From the human T2T-CHM13v2.0 reference genome, Homo sapiens: 64,000 bases of DNA. Numbering within the stretch: position 1 is the first letter of the stretch; each line of letters starts with the position of its first letter. The translations under genes were made by a program, and so were the position numbers. Shown piece after piece: positions 1 through 11,820 of the stretch. The stretch lies in NCBI RefSeq assembly GCF_009914755.1, contig NC_060931.1; one strand, given 5' to 3'. The notes under the pieces were generated by a model that was given only the letters and a program-made list of their open reading frames with translations, did not search any database and was not told the origin of the DNA.

Positions 1-282
1 TGACTCATGTCTGTAATCTCATCACTTTTGGGGAGGCCAAGGTGGGAGGACTGCTTGAGCCCAGGAGTTTGAGACCAGCCTGGGTAACATAGTGAGATCC
101 TGTCTCTTAAAAAAAATACCGAGTGTGGTGGTACACGCCGGTAGTCCTAGCTACCTGGGAGGCTGAGATGGGAGGATTGCTGGAGTCCAGGAGGTCATGG
201 CTGCAGTGATCCATGATCGTGCCACTGCACTCCTGGGTGACAGAGCAAGACCTTGTCTCAAAAAAAAAAAAAAAAAAAAAAA
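1..282 (+). mobile_element. Alu (AluJ-like), 5' end cut by the window edge
   Basis: Alu dimer sequence (GAGGCCAAGGTGGGAGG...GAGACCAGCCTGGG, middle A-linker) ending in a poly(A) tail at ~260-282. Confidence 0.93.
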
Positions 283-2778
283 TTACTGTTCAAATGTCCA
301 AGGTGGTCGTATGCTTTTAATAAGAAAACAAGAATGTTTTTGTACAGAGTATATCCTGAGCAGATAATGAGAAGTTTTTGAGTTTCAAATTGAATGTCAG
401 TTTATCGTAGCTTGTTTCCTTTGCTTAAAAACCAGTTTGTAATGGAAAGAGTATTGTGCTGATGGGTGTAAACATAGATGAAAACAATAGGGCGTTTAGA
501 TCTTTAAATGGATTAAAGTAATATTAATAAAAGTTTTCTGAAAAGGTATTTCTTAAAATTTGGAACTGTTCATAAATATATTTCAGTACAGTATTCTCAA
601 TAAAATTTGCTTACAAGATTATTTTAGTAGTTTAGCTAAAATACTAGGTGGTGATATTTTAAAATGTGCTGTTAAACCCTTTGGGTTTGTAAGTTTCAGT
701 GCTGAAACTGATAATTTAATAATTTGGGGTAGAAATATTTCTAAAACAGAATGCATGATTCTCTGGCTTTCCATGCTTTCATTTAATATAACCTTGATGA
801 TTAAGGTTTATTTAAAAAATCAGTGTTACATGGTGTCATATTCTTTTAAGATGTATAGTAAGGCTGTGTGATCTATTACTAATAGTGAAATGCCTAACAT
901 TGGATATTTCAAGTTCTTGTCTTGCTTTTCTTTTTCCCAGTAGCTTTTTTTTTTTTTTAACTGTCAGTCGGCCTGCTTTAAAAGCTTCATTTCCAAATTA
1001 AAGTATTTTTAATCTACTGTGGTTTTGAAACTAATTAACCAGGCTTGTTGAGTAAAATAGAATAAATGTATTCTCGAGTGAAGATTTCACTCATCATTTT
1101 GCCTGTCAATATCATGAGAGACTTTATTATATGTATTGGCTCCTTAGAGTGCTTACTGCATACTCTCTGATTTCAACCTATGCTCTGGGTAGATGGTTCA
1201 TGTTTTATTTCATGAGAACTTATTGTTTCTCATTATAACATGTAGAATTATACTCTTGAGCCCCTCTCCCCTTTTATTAGGTAATAGGTGGTAGAAGATA
1301 ACAGAATAATCGGGTTATCATTGCCAAATTATATATGACTTAGAAAGTATAAATTACTTCTACCTTTTTTCCCCTCCAGGTATTTAACGAGCAGGGTTAA
1401 CATGTCTGACAGTTTGTCTGAGTCTGGAACCTTAGCTACAAACTCTACTGTTAGCTGATTCATGGAAGCAGTAAATTGGTGTAGGCTGTTAGCTATTATA
1501 AAACAGGAAAAGGAGGTTATGAGACTTTTGGTTCCATTACATTTTTGGCCCCTAGAAAATTGTATTCTATTTTAAATATTTGTCGTTAAAAATTCTAAAA
1601 AATATAATATCAAGACCTGCCCCATTTTATCTTTTCCAATTATTTTCTTCAGCATTTCAATATTTTGGATTTTTTTTTCAAAGATGAGTGAGAAAATTTT
1701 GTTCCTTATCACTGTTTTGTAGTTATTTAAGTATACTCAGTGTTTCAAAGATTGTTGCTGGGAGGCCTAAATCTGGGAGCTAGAGTAACCTGGCACAAAA
1801 TCAGAATTCACTGTCCTACATACTAAGCTCAGCAGATTCAACTACTTTCTCATCTTCCTTCTTTGTATCTACAGACTTAAAAGCTGTCTGGATTTTAGTT
1901 ACTTGATTGAATTTTTGAAGTATATAAAGTATTCGTGTTTTATCTCCCAATTTAATCCCCCATTAGGTTATCTGTCCCGTTTTCCTTTTGCTCAGTTATA
2001 TCCTATGGGACTCACAGATAAACAGAAGTATTTTACCCCTTCTTTTACTTTTCAAGAGGGGAAAATTGTCAGAAGGATAGTCAAGTACTAGAAATACTCA
2101 TTTTGTCTTTTGTTTGTTCACGTTGCACTTCACACCATATATACTTTTTTTGGTGCTCCTTCCCATGACAGACTTAACTGACCCATTAATAGCAGCTCTG
2201 GGGCAAGCATGCCTACCCAGTAACATAAAGGCTTCCTCAGTGCCGGCTGCGCTTGGGGATATGCTGTTAGTTCATGACATGAGAGCAGCTAACGGCTGCT
2301 GAGAGATAAAAAGGAAATAGGCAATTTAGATGATGTGCCTGGTTTCAGTGTTAAATGAGCCTGTGTGTTTGGCTGTTGATGTAGCACGTACAGATCTCTA
2401 AAAACTGCTGGGATGCAGCCATGGGAATCCAAATCAGTGTTTTCTTTCTGATGAAAACTAGATGCACAAATTTTTAGAAGTCTCACTTGACAACCTCTGA
2501 AATATTTAACTTTGGATTTTGTTCCTCTATAGCAGAGTTTTGAGGCTTGTAGTTTAGTGCATTGCTTTGCTTTAACACGTGTTAATCCAGTTGGACTTGC
2601 TTCCCCAAGAATATGCATATACAAACTCACACATACTTTATTAGTTTTTCATTATGATTTCTGTATATCATGCAATGGATATATCTTGTCAGAGAGACTG
2701 TCTTTCTTGTAATTAAGCTTACAGTTATTAAATGAGAACGTTTGGGACAATAATGCAGTCTGACAGTATTGAAAGTAG

Positions 2779-3083
2779 GGCCAGGCACAGCGGCTCACGC
2801 CTGAAATCCCGGCACTTTGAGAGACCAAGGAGGACGGATCACTTGAGGCCAGGAGTTTGAGATCAGCCTGGCTAACATGGTGAAACCCTGTCTCTACTAA
2901 AAAATACAAAAATTAGCTGGGCATGGTGGTGCACACCTATAATCCCAGCTACTCAGGAGGCTGAGGCATAAGAATTGCTTGAACCCAGGAGGCAGGGGTT
3001 GCAGTCAGCCGAGATCGCGCCACTGCACTCCAGCCTGGGTGACAGAGTGATGACTCCATCTCAAAAAAAAAAAAAGCAAAAAA
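2779..3083 (+). mobile_element. Alu (AluS-like)
   Basis: Starts GGCCAGGCACAGCGGCTCACGCC; full dimer with A tail. Confidence 0.95.
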
Positions 3084-3446
3084 CTGGTCACCCAGTCTGC
3101 AGAATGATAAAGTCAGTAAAAGTTACCTACGTATATAGGTTTGAAAAGGTCTACTGTTCTCAGCTTCATTTACACATACAGGTATGGTAAATGGTATGTG
3201 TAAATGGTATGTCTCTATTCCTCTGAATACTGCTTTTTATTTCAAGAACACCACAGTGTTAGTTTATAGTGAAATACTCTGCAAAGTTTCAAACATGTTT
3301 ATTTGAAAGTCTAATTAAATGATAGCAGAGAGAAAATTTCCTGAAGTGTAATCTTCTTTTATACTGTCAGTATGTGCTTGATTGAATTAAGGAATTTATA
3401 TTTGGTTTTACTTTTCTTAAAAGTTCCAAAATTATTTTTCCCCTAG

Positions 3447-3529
3447 GAAGATGAGAATGTGCCTACTGCTCCTGATCCTCCAAGTCAACATTTACGTGGG
3501 CATGGGACAGGCTTTTGCTTTGATTCCAG
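3447..3529 (+). CDS. TAX1BP1: TAX1BP1 penultimate coding exon (EDENVPTAPDPPSQHLRGHGTGFCFDS-)
   Basis: Acceptor tttttcccctag|GAA and donor CCAG|gtagtt. The 83-nt exon ends in phase 2 and joins the next exon in frame (AG+C = Ser). The translation matches the TAX1BP1 C-terminal region. Confidence 0.96.
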
Positions 3530-3571
3530 GTAGTTTTCTTCTTTACTTTGTAGAATTTGGGTTATATCGGC

Positions 3572-3942
3572 CAGTGGTTCTCAAAGGTGGTCCTTGGGAA
3601 CTCATTAGAAATGCACATGTGTAGGGCCTGGCCTAGCTGAACCAGAAACACCAGGCGTAGGCCCAGCAATATGTGTTTTAACATGTCCTCCGATTTAGGG
3701 AGTTTTGTCAGAAAACATTTTTAACTTGCAGTATTTAAAAGAATATTTACTGTTCCTAAAATGTCATTCAAATGCATGTATTGTCTGTTGTTTGGGGATG
3801 GGAACTAGTTTTGCAAAAAACACCTAATGTTGTATAATAATGCACCAATGATCTTGCTGGTTAAAAATACAGTATTTTTGGCCAAAAACAAAAACATGTC
3901 CTCCGACTGATTCTGATGCATACAAGCATTTGAGAACCAGTG
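3572..3942. mobile_element. MER5A-like hAT-Charlie MITE, interrupted by an insertion
   Basis: Terminal inverted repeats CAGTGGTTCTCAAA ... TTTGAGAACCAGTG. The internal TTAGAAATGCA and TGATTCTGATGCA motifs are typical of MER5A. Confidence 0.8.
3694..3892 (+). pseudogene. Short 5'-truncated retroposed mRNA 3'-end fragment
   Basis: ~199 bp of non-MER5 sequence ending in a degenerate A tail (AAAAACAAA). It is flanked by a perfect 14-bp duplication AACATGTCCTCCGA (3680-3693 and 3893-3906). Confidence 0.75.
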
Positions 3943-4336
3943 CCATAAAAACTTTGCTATTAAACCAAATGCACTGGTGGGAAGTTATGAGTTGTATTTA
4001 TCCTTACAGTCTTACAAAAGGCATTTTCTGTTAAACGTGGAAGAATTCTTGGTACTAATTTCACGTAATTGTGATTGGATTTGGGAGGTTTTAAGGGGGA
4101 AAAACGGTTTTGTTAATCTAATTGTAAAATTGAATTTAGAGGCTCTATAAATGGGTTACACAATTGTCTACAGCAAGCATTTAGAAGCAGAGAAATGTTT
4201 CTGGAGTAAAGACTTTTAAGGTAGGTTGTTTAGTATGAATATCAGCTAACTAGATAAATGGAACCTTGTCATATATGGACAAGTTGTTGTTCTACATTTA
4301 TTAGAAACATGTAATTCTTTCATTTTTCTCTTTAAG

Positions 4337-4538
4337 CTTTGATGTTCACAAGAAGTGTCCCCTCTGTGAGTTAATGTTTCCTCCTAACTATGATCAGAGC
4401 AAATTTGAAGAACATGTTGAAAGTCACTGGAAGGTGTGCCCGATGTGCAGCGAGCAGTTCCCTCCTGACTATGACCAGCAGGTGTTTGAAAGGCATGTGC
4501 AGACCCATTTTGATCAGAATGTTCTAAATTTTGACTAG
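4337..4538 (+). CDS. TAX1BP1: TAX1BP1 terminal coding exon: tandem UBZ zinc fingers with PPxY motifs, stop TAG
   Basis: Acceptor tttttctctttaag|C. Translates to FDVHKKCPLCELMFPPNYDQSKFEEHVESHWKVCPMCSEQFPPDYDQQVFERHVQTHFDQNVLNFD*, with two CxxC...HxxxH fingers containing PPNY and PPDY. Confidence 0.97.
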
Positions 4539-5470
4539 TTACTTTTTATTATGAGTTAATATAGTTTAGCAGTAAAAAAAAAAAAAAAAACCACACCTAA
4601 AATAGACCACTGAGGAGACCATAGAGCGGATGCTTTCATGCACCCTTTACTGCACTTTCTGACCAGGAGCTACTTTGAGTTTGGTGTTACTAGGATCAGG
4701 GTCAGTCTTTGGCTTATCAATAAATTTTAATCTCTGTTAATCTTACCTGCTTTAAAAAAAAGTTCTTGTGTGTTCGTATCTTTATTTATTCCCTAGTTTG
4801 CAGAACTGTCTGAATAAAGGATACAAGGATTATTTCAATGTTACTGCACTGAAAAACGTGTATGTATTAGTGTGCTAGATTATTTAGCAGAATATTCACA
4901 AGTTTCTGTTGACCTTGTTGATTGAGCATGACTACTAAATATTATGTAATAAAAAGCATTTGTCATAACAGTCTTATGAAGTAGTTCTTCGAATATAGAA
5001 AGTTCTATAATTTAGCCCATGAAATGATAGGTTTTTAATTTTCAGAAATGGAGCTGCATGTAGAATGAGATCACATGCTTTTATATGTGAAATATTGGTT
5101 TTAGCAATTAACAGAAGGCATACTTTGCTAATTTTATGGCAAAATTTTAGAATAACCTGAATGATTATTTTTAAACTATCTTGAAGTTGTATGTATATAT
5201 CTAATGGGAAAATGGAACAAGAGATGTCAGTATAATTGTTTTCCTATTAAATGATCTCATAACAGGGGTGTTTGTGGCATAAAAATCATAGAATATATAT
5301 CAGTATCTTTTTTACATTTTCCTGATGAGAATATAAATTTGAAATATTCTCAGTAAGTGATTAAAAGTACAATACATAAACCCAAATCAAAGTAATGTGT
5401 TTCTTCAGTTATGTCTGTGCTGTATAGAACTGTCACTAACATTAAAGAAAGAGGACACATTTTTCAAGAT
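4539..5470 (+). other. TAX1BP1: TAX1BP1 3' UTR (end approximate)
   Basis: AT-rich sequence after the stop codon. AATAAA at 4719, 4813 and 4948; ATTAAA at 5246 and 5441; a Pumilio-type TGTATATA at 5192-5199. Confidence 0.7.
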
Positions 5471-6281
5471 CTGTAATTTCATTGTTGTCAAATTTATTTG
5501 TGAAAGTTTTTCATTAATCTAGCATCTTGAACATCTTTTTTTGGTTTGGGCCTTTAAAATACTTCTGAATTGTATTCCCTTTCCCTTTTATAATGTGCGT
5601 GTGAATAATTTAAAGCACCAACTTTTGATTTTGCCGCTTTTGTAGTTATCATCAAAATAGTTTACATTTGTTCTGAGCAAACTAGCTATTGAAGATGTTA
5701 ACCTAATATTTAGACTTGGTGGCATTTTGAGTTGCTATATGTGAACTGCAGCATATCATGTCGTCACTTGTATTTGTTTGTGGAAGCAGAGTTTGTATAT
5801 TGTTAGAATCCTTTAAAAAGTTTTTTGAGTCTAGGGCAAACCAGTATGAGGCATTCATATGCCAGCTGTTAGGACACAGCAGTCCTAGGAAGCAATAGCT
5901 TTGGAGACTTTCAGCTTCCAGATAGGTTATATACTTAGGTAAAATATGTTCAACAATGGGAGCATTTTTGTTGGAGTTAATAATTATGGACCATGTTAAT
6001 CCAAAAGTATCCTTGGAATATTTATTATAGTAGTAGACACTGTTCATCTTACTAGCCTAGAACTTATTTTAAAATAGTTTAAGTAAGTAAGTCCAAGCTT
6101 AATTTGTTATTGACAGAAAAGTAATACAGCCTAATCTAATCTAAGCAAAAATGTAAGGGAATAAAGTCTACATGCATCAACTGAACAGCCTTAGAATGAG
6201 GAACTGAATGGATATATTAATTTCCATGGTAAACTTGATACTGGTTTTCATAATGGACACTAAGGAAAATAAAGAGCCATA

Positions 6282-6309
6282 TTTATTTTTGGGTCAGAGG
6301 CAGTTTATT
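6282..6309 (-). terminator. JAZF1: JAZF1 polyadenylation signal region
   Basis: TTTATT (AATAAA on the - strand) at 6304-6309 and 6282-6287, at the distal end of the AT-rich UTR. Confidence 0.65.
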
Positions 6310-8508
6310 TTAAATGTGATTTCATTTACATTTATAAGCAGCTTTTCTTGACAGGAATTTTGATTAAATTGCCTTCAGTTCTAAAACAAACCTCTGTTGC
6401 TTTCAGACTTAATGTGCTCTGTCCCCAACAAAACATATGAAAATATAATTTAAAGCACAGTTTTCACAGACACAGTACAATACATTCACTATACACAGTA
6501 TAACAAAATATTCCCATCCTTACCTGTTTAGTAATACTGTCACAATGAATAAGTAAATAGAAATTGGAATTTATCTTTGAAAGCATTGAAAGAAATTTAA
6601 CATGCACAATGACTATTTTATGACTGTTTAGCTGTTGAACTACTGATCCAGCCTGCAGTTTCTTGCACTAGAAAGAGCGAAGCTAAATAATAATTGCTGG
6701 CCTAAAAAATTTTTTTTGGTCAATTGTAGGTAGATATGAAATAGCCAAGTGGGGCCTTCTTATGCACCAACTAGTTGCGTCTCATGTCTGGATCACCCTT
6801 TTAAACATAGGATAACACTGTATATTCAGGACCAAGACCATACTTCAGATCTGAGGAAATTTTTAGAGGGCAGTGTTTTTATAAATACTTTGAATCCCTC
6901 ATAATGAAGGATTTTAGAACTTATGAATATAGAGGTTTACTCATCTAACAAACAGAACTGTCATCCTTTCAAAATGTCTGAAAATTGAGGAGGGACCCCT
7001 GCTTCCCAGTTATATGTGATGTAAGACTTTTCATCAAATGGGAACATGGGAAGAAACTTTATAAGCAATTTGAGTTTGTTTTATGGGCAGTTAGCTATCT
7101 CAAAGCATTTTTTATTGCATTATTAGGCAACTGGTAAACTCTCGTGTTTAAGGAATAGCACTTGGGAGAAAAGAACACTCAAGGCATGATGGTACTGTCG
7201 GTGAGGAAAAACTTAAGGAATGGTCCAGATGTAGATTACTCTAATAGGTCGTATTAGTCATGCTTTTCTTTGACCACCTGCTGCAAGAAGCACTTAATTG
7301 TCAATAAGGCTCATTTTCCTATTTCAGCAAAGTGTTTGTTTTATAAAGCTAAACAGACATTTCCAATGAGAATGCAGACCTCTCTACAATGTGATGAGAA
7401 AAGTACCTTTTAAAAAAAGTAAAAAATGAGCATGAAGAAGAGGCAATAGGGGTCTTAACAAAAGTGTTCATCTTTGAAACGTGCTTAGAATTTTAGTTCT
7501 GATTTGCAACCCACAGGTTTGGTAGGGCAGTGGTTGCAAGAATTGGCAACACATAAACATTAAATTGTTGGCAATAGAGAACTACAAAGTGCTTTAAAAC
7601 TTCATCTGAAGATGAAGATATAACTAAACTTCACACACACACACTTTGCACTGAAGTATTTCAAAGTCTTTTCTAACAGATTTCAGGGAAAAAAGTATTT
7701 CACTAAATGGGTATCTTGGTCCGCAGATATCAATAGGCATAAATTGAATCCCTTGTACCCAGCAGGCACTCAATCAATGTGTGTTAAATGAATGAACGAA
7801 CTGAATAGACTATTTTGTACAAAATGCCATTTATAACACTAAAATGACTAGTAAGTCAGATGGCAAGATTTTCAGCTTTTTAAAGGGCAAAAGGATTTGC
7901 AAGATAATATAAAACACAGAAAGCACACCTTTACATATGTTATTTAAATATGAAAATATTTTTAGCATATTATGTTAAACATTCTTTCTTATTTATATTT
8001 CCATTACCTAAAGTCTTTCTACTCACAAATACTAACTCCATTATGTAAGGCATGGTAACCAGTTTGATAATGAAGGTATTATTTTGGTTTTGAACATATG
8101 TGAGTTGATGTGTTGAAAACTTCAATCACATTACAATCTTGAAAAAAAAATCTCAGTGCCAGCCCCTCCTCCCCCCAGGTTGATACCACCGCAATACAAT
8201 TCAACAATATGCAACATGCCCTCAATTTTATTTTGTTTTGGGGGAAATGTGCTGAAGAACCTAGAGCTTTTTTTGTTTAGCACCTTATATCAAAGTAATG
8301 AAAATGGGTATGATGATTACATGTGCAAATGTACAAAATCATTAACTCTACAAAGATACATCATTCCAAAATTACAGAAAAAATTTAAAGCATGCATTTA
8401 ATTCTTTTTCTTTAAAGGGTTGCTGAATGCTTCCCCTGAAAAAAGGTGGCTGTTTTCAAAATCAGCAACTGCTGGTGAGGATTTCTTGGCACAGTTATGA
8501 CCAGCATG
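6285..8508 (-). other. JAZF1: JAZF1 3' UTR (end approximate)
   Basis: Follows the JAZF1 stop codon on the - strand; AT-rich and nearly repeat-free up to the poly(A) signals. Confidence 0.75.
7861..7868 (-). promoter_or_regulatory. Candidate miR-31-5p 8mer seed site in the JAZF1 3' UTR
   Basis: + strand TGGCAAGA reads UCUUGCCA in the mRNA, complementary to the miR-31-5p seed GGCAAGA plus A1. Confidence 0.45.
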
Positions 8509-8685
8509 TTATTGCTGCATCTTCCTGATAATCTCAGCCGACACCGGGGGATGGAAATTGATTGTGTGGTGCCGCAGGCCCTGAGCTGTCTTGTAACTCT
8601 TCCCACAGCGACACTTGAATGGTTTGCGGACACGAATCTGTGTTCTGTGACCATTCTTAGCGTGATACTTTATGCCATTCACATT
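8509..8685 (-). CDS. JAZF1: JAZF1 terminal coding exon (exon 5): end of zinc finger 2 and zinc finger 3
   Basis: Acceptor ttgtcttctccacag|AAT. Translates to NVNGIKYHAKNGHRTQIRVRKPFKCRCGKSYKTAQGLRHHTINFHPPVSAEIIRKMQQ*, 177 nt, phase 0. Confidence 0.97.
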   Translation of the reverse strand, partial: NVNGIKYHAKNGHRTQIRVRKPFKCRCGKSYKTAQGLRHHTINFHPPVSAEIIRKMQQ

Positions 8686-10369
8686 CTGTGGAGAAGACAA
8701 AAATATTTATTACATGGATTCACAGGATACCTGTCAAACTTCGGAAACCTCAATTTGGGTCTGGATTGCAGTTCCTGGATGGCAGCTGTTTAGAGTGTAG
8801 TCTTTTGCAAGGACTCCAGTTGGGACCCTTCAAGGACATTCTGGTGTGTCGGTCATGGGCTGTACGGATGGTCACACACACAGCTGACTCAAAATTTCAG
8901 ATGTGCCTCAATTACTCTGAAAATGAAAGTACTGATTTCTTCCAATTTTATATAAAATATATATTTAGGACTTACAGACTGTATAAAGAAAATCCTCTGA
9001 ATCTTTTCCACTCTAAAGAAAGTTAACAGTGAACAATCCTACACAAATATCCTCAGCATGACCAACAAAATATCTTTCTAAAGAAAAACATCAGGGCATA
9101 TCCCAAAAGTTTAACATATAGAAATTTTTGATTTGGAAACTCAATTTACAGCTTGCTTCTAGATAACTGTGTTAACAGTTCCCTACCATGCCTTAACCAG
9201 AGTTTTTGTCAGTTTTCTGCTCTGCACTAAGCCAGTATCTCTGATGCCACTGTGGGAGCTACTTGTTGCCCAAATCTTGTCCCCGCCGTACAGTTGTACA
9301 TGTTTAATAAGCACCTGTAGTCAGACTAGTCCTTACCTTAAGTATTACATTCCAAACATACAATGAACTTTAAAAATTTAAGGTTATATAATGTTAGTCA
9401 CTAAGATTGGACTTCTTAGCATCTGGATACTAAAGTTATCAAAATGCTTTCTAAATTTCTGTTTGTCGGTTTTGCTAGTTCACCAGCATATTCTATGTAA
9501 GATTCCGTATTCTATGTAAGAGTCACTCTCTACAGTTTTAACCACCAGTAATCCTCATCCCAATTAAATGGTGAGGAAATGGGCTTGAGGGTAGTAAGTA
9601 ACTGGTGGAAGATCTAAGAAGGGACGGCGGACGTGTGGTATTTGAGATAGGTCTTAATTTCCAAGTCAGCAATTGCCAGATTAGAGAGTAAGGGAACACA
9701 GAAGAGACAGCCTGAAACAAAAAGCACAGATTTTAGGAGAGTGAGCTGTTTCCTAAAATATTACCTAAATCCAGCCCTGCTAGAGCCAGTCCCTTGCCCA
9801 ACTGAAGGATTCCAACACAAATTGTTCCCACTCTTCATGGGATGCCTTCAAAGAGCTCCCAGAAAACAGCTCCCTGCTGTTGTCTCATGAATACCTAGCA
9901 CAGTGCCTGGCACATTGTCGATGCTAAGTCTTTGTGAGTGAATGAAGTTACAACAGCACTTCCCAAGTTCACGCCTCACTAGTCTGGAAGAAGGGTTGCT
10001 ACTAAATATAAACGTGGTGGTGATTACTACACTAGAGATGTGCAGTACACATGAATGCTTTTTTAAAAGTCCTTGGAAGAGAACTCTGCTGGACTTTGTT
10101 GAACCCAGGGGTGCCAAGTAGCAGCTGGCTATGCTCAGAGTCTGAAGGTTGTCCAGTGATTTGAAGCAGAAGGACAAACACTCTCCCCTGAACACCTGGC
10201 TCCAGGCCTTCTGCACCTCAGCCCTGTCCTTCCAGCATCAATCCTTTCAAACATAAGGTACTTCAGTCTTGTTAAGAGGCATGTTGGGGGTTTCAGAGCC
10301 TACTGGGGCAGGAAAGGGGAGGGTAGTGGTGGTGGTAGAATCAGACCCACTGAAATGTTAGATGGGTAG

Positions 10370-10590
10370 ATATGCCCTGCCAGTCCCTGGCGGTTCCATC
10401 CCCTCCGAGGCCCAGGCACATGAGTGAAGAGGCCAACGTGTGTATCCAGCCCAAGTGAGCCTTCAGATGATTCTAGCCCCAACTGGTGTCTTAGAGCAAC
10501 TGCATGAGACCCCAGGCGAGAACCACCTTGTTGAACCAGGCAGCCCAGAGAACTGTAAAAGATAATTGTTTTAAGCCATGTATTGTGTGT
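10370..10590 (+). mobile_element. MaLR LTR fragment (MLT1-like)
   Basis: Contains GAGCCTTCAGATGA..AGCCCC, AACTGCATGAGACCCC, CAGAGAACTGT and TTGTTTTAAGCCA, typical of the MLT1 3' half. Confidence 0.65.
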
Positions 10591-11629
10591 GTGAGAGAGA
10601 CAGAAAGAGAGTGAATGTTAGTTTTATGACCATTAGATAAAGACTTTCAACTTTAATATGGTGGAAAGTATCCTGGGTTACAAATGCTAGAAATGTGCAC
10701 CTGCCTGCTTAGTAATATCCCATGTATAGCTCAACGAATATTGAGCACCTAGCAGGGTCCTTTTCCGTGGATGAAGGGCTACTAAAATATTTCATGTCCT
10801 TGTTTTCATGGGGAACTTGATGCAGGACAGCTCATTAATAATCCAGCTACCTCTGTGCCCCAAAACCATTCAAACCTTGTCAGAAAATAGAGGAAACCAA
10901 AAATAGAAAAGCATTAACCAAGAAACAAAAAGGCACAGCAACTCTTAACAGTATCAGGGCTTAGCCATTCCATTGAGGGCTGAGGTTTTTATAACTAATT
11001 AGGCTAAAAAAAAGATTTAAGACCAGAAATTGCTAAAGCCATAAAAGCCAGTCCAATGTGAAGCCAGATCTGTCGTTCACCAAGAGAAGGACAAGCCAGG
11101 GCTGAGGGGATTCCGGCAGGCGCTGTGGCCCATTCACAGCTTGAATGTAAACATTATGTTGTGTGTCTGGCATGAGACTGTGAAGAAAACAGCCAACACC
11201 ACACACACATCAGCTTTATGACTCTGGAAAAATCAGGAAGCACATTTAGAAACATAAAGTATTTCCAGGGTTGGTCAGAGAACCTGCTGTGCCATCACTC
11301 CTTTGTCTTTGCTGCTGTGATTAAAAAATGTTGACAAGCGTCAGTGGGTTGCCCTTATCGCAAATGTTAGTACAAGGTCAAGTGAGACTCTATTAAGACA
11401 TTTCCTCCATCCAGCCATTCAGTTACAGGCCGCGGGAACGTCCTCTTTACAAGACCAGAGGAGCTCTGAAAAGATCCACCAAAGTTTATTTCATCAGTCC
11501 TGAAACAAATTTGATCTTTCAGAAATATTAGTAAAAAAAAATAGATAATGGCCGGAAACCTGAAATGCTGAAATTGCTGAAATTCTTTGGTCTTTGAAAA
11601 AAATGGAATCAAGCTTCAAAAGGGCAAGG

Positions 11630-11820
11630 AAAGTTGCTAACATTTATTAAGAGCTTACCATACTGGGTACTTGATGTCAATTGCCTTATTTAATACTCAT
11701 GTTCTGGATGAGAGAATTGACTCCTAGAGAAGGTGAGTGACTTGGCCAAGATCACATGGCTGGTAAATTACAGAACTGGAATAGGAACCCAGGGATGTCC
11801 AATCCATAGTCCATATTTCC
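11630..11820 (-). mobile_element. MIR SINE
   Basis: MIR core-like GGTGAGTGACTTGGCCAAGATCACATGGCTGGTAAAT. Confidence 0.65.

Noticed and set aside
8686-8700. ORF-track N-terminus MSSPQ of the JAZF1 terminal exon
   Set aside because: It is the intronic polypyrimidine tract and acceptor, not coding sequence.
9489-9521. 14-bp direct repeat TATTCTATGTAAGA twice (similar small duplications at ~3183-3211, ~47608-47653 and ~62798-62828)
   Set aside because: Ordinary slippage-type microduplications with no further structure.
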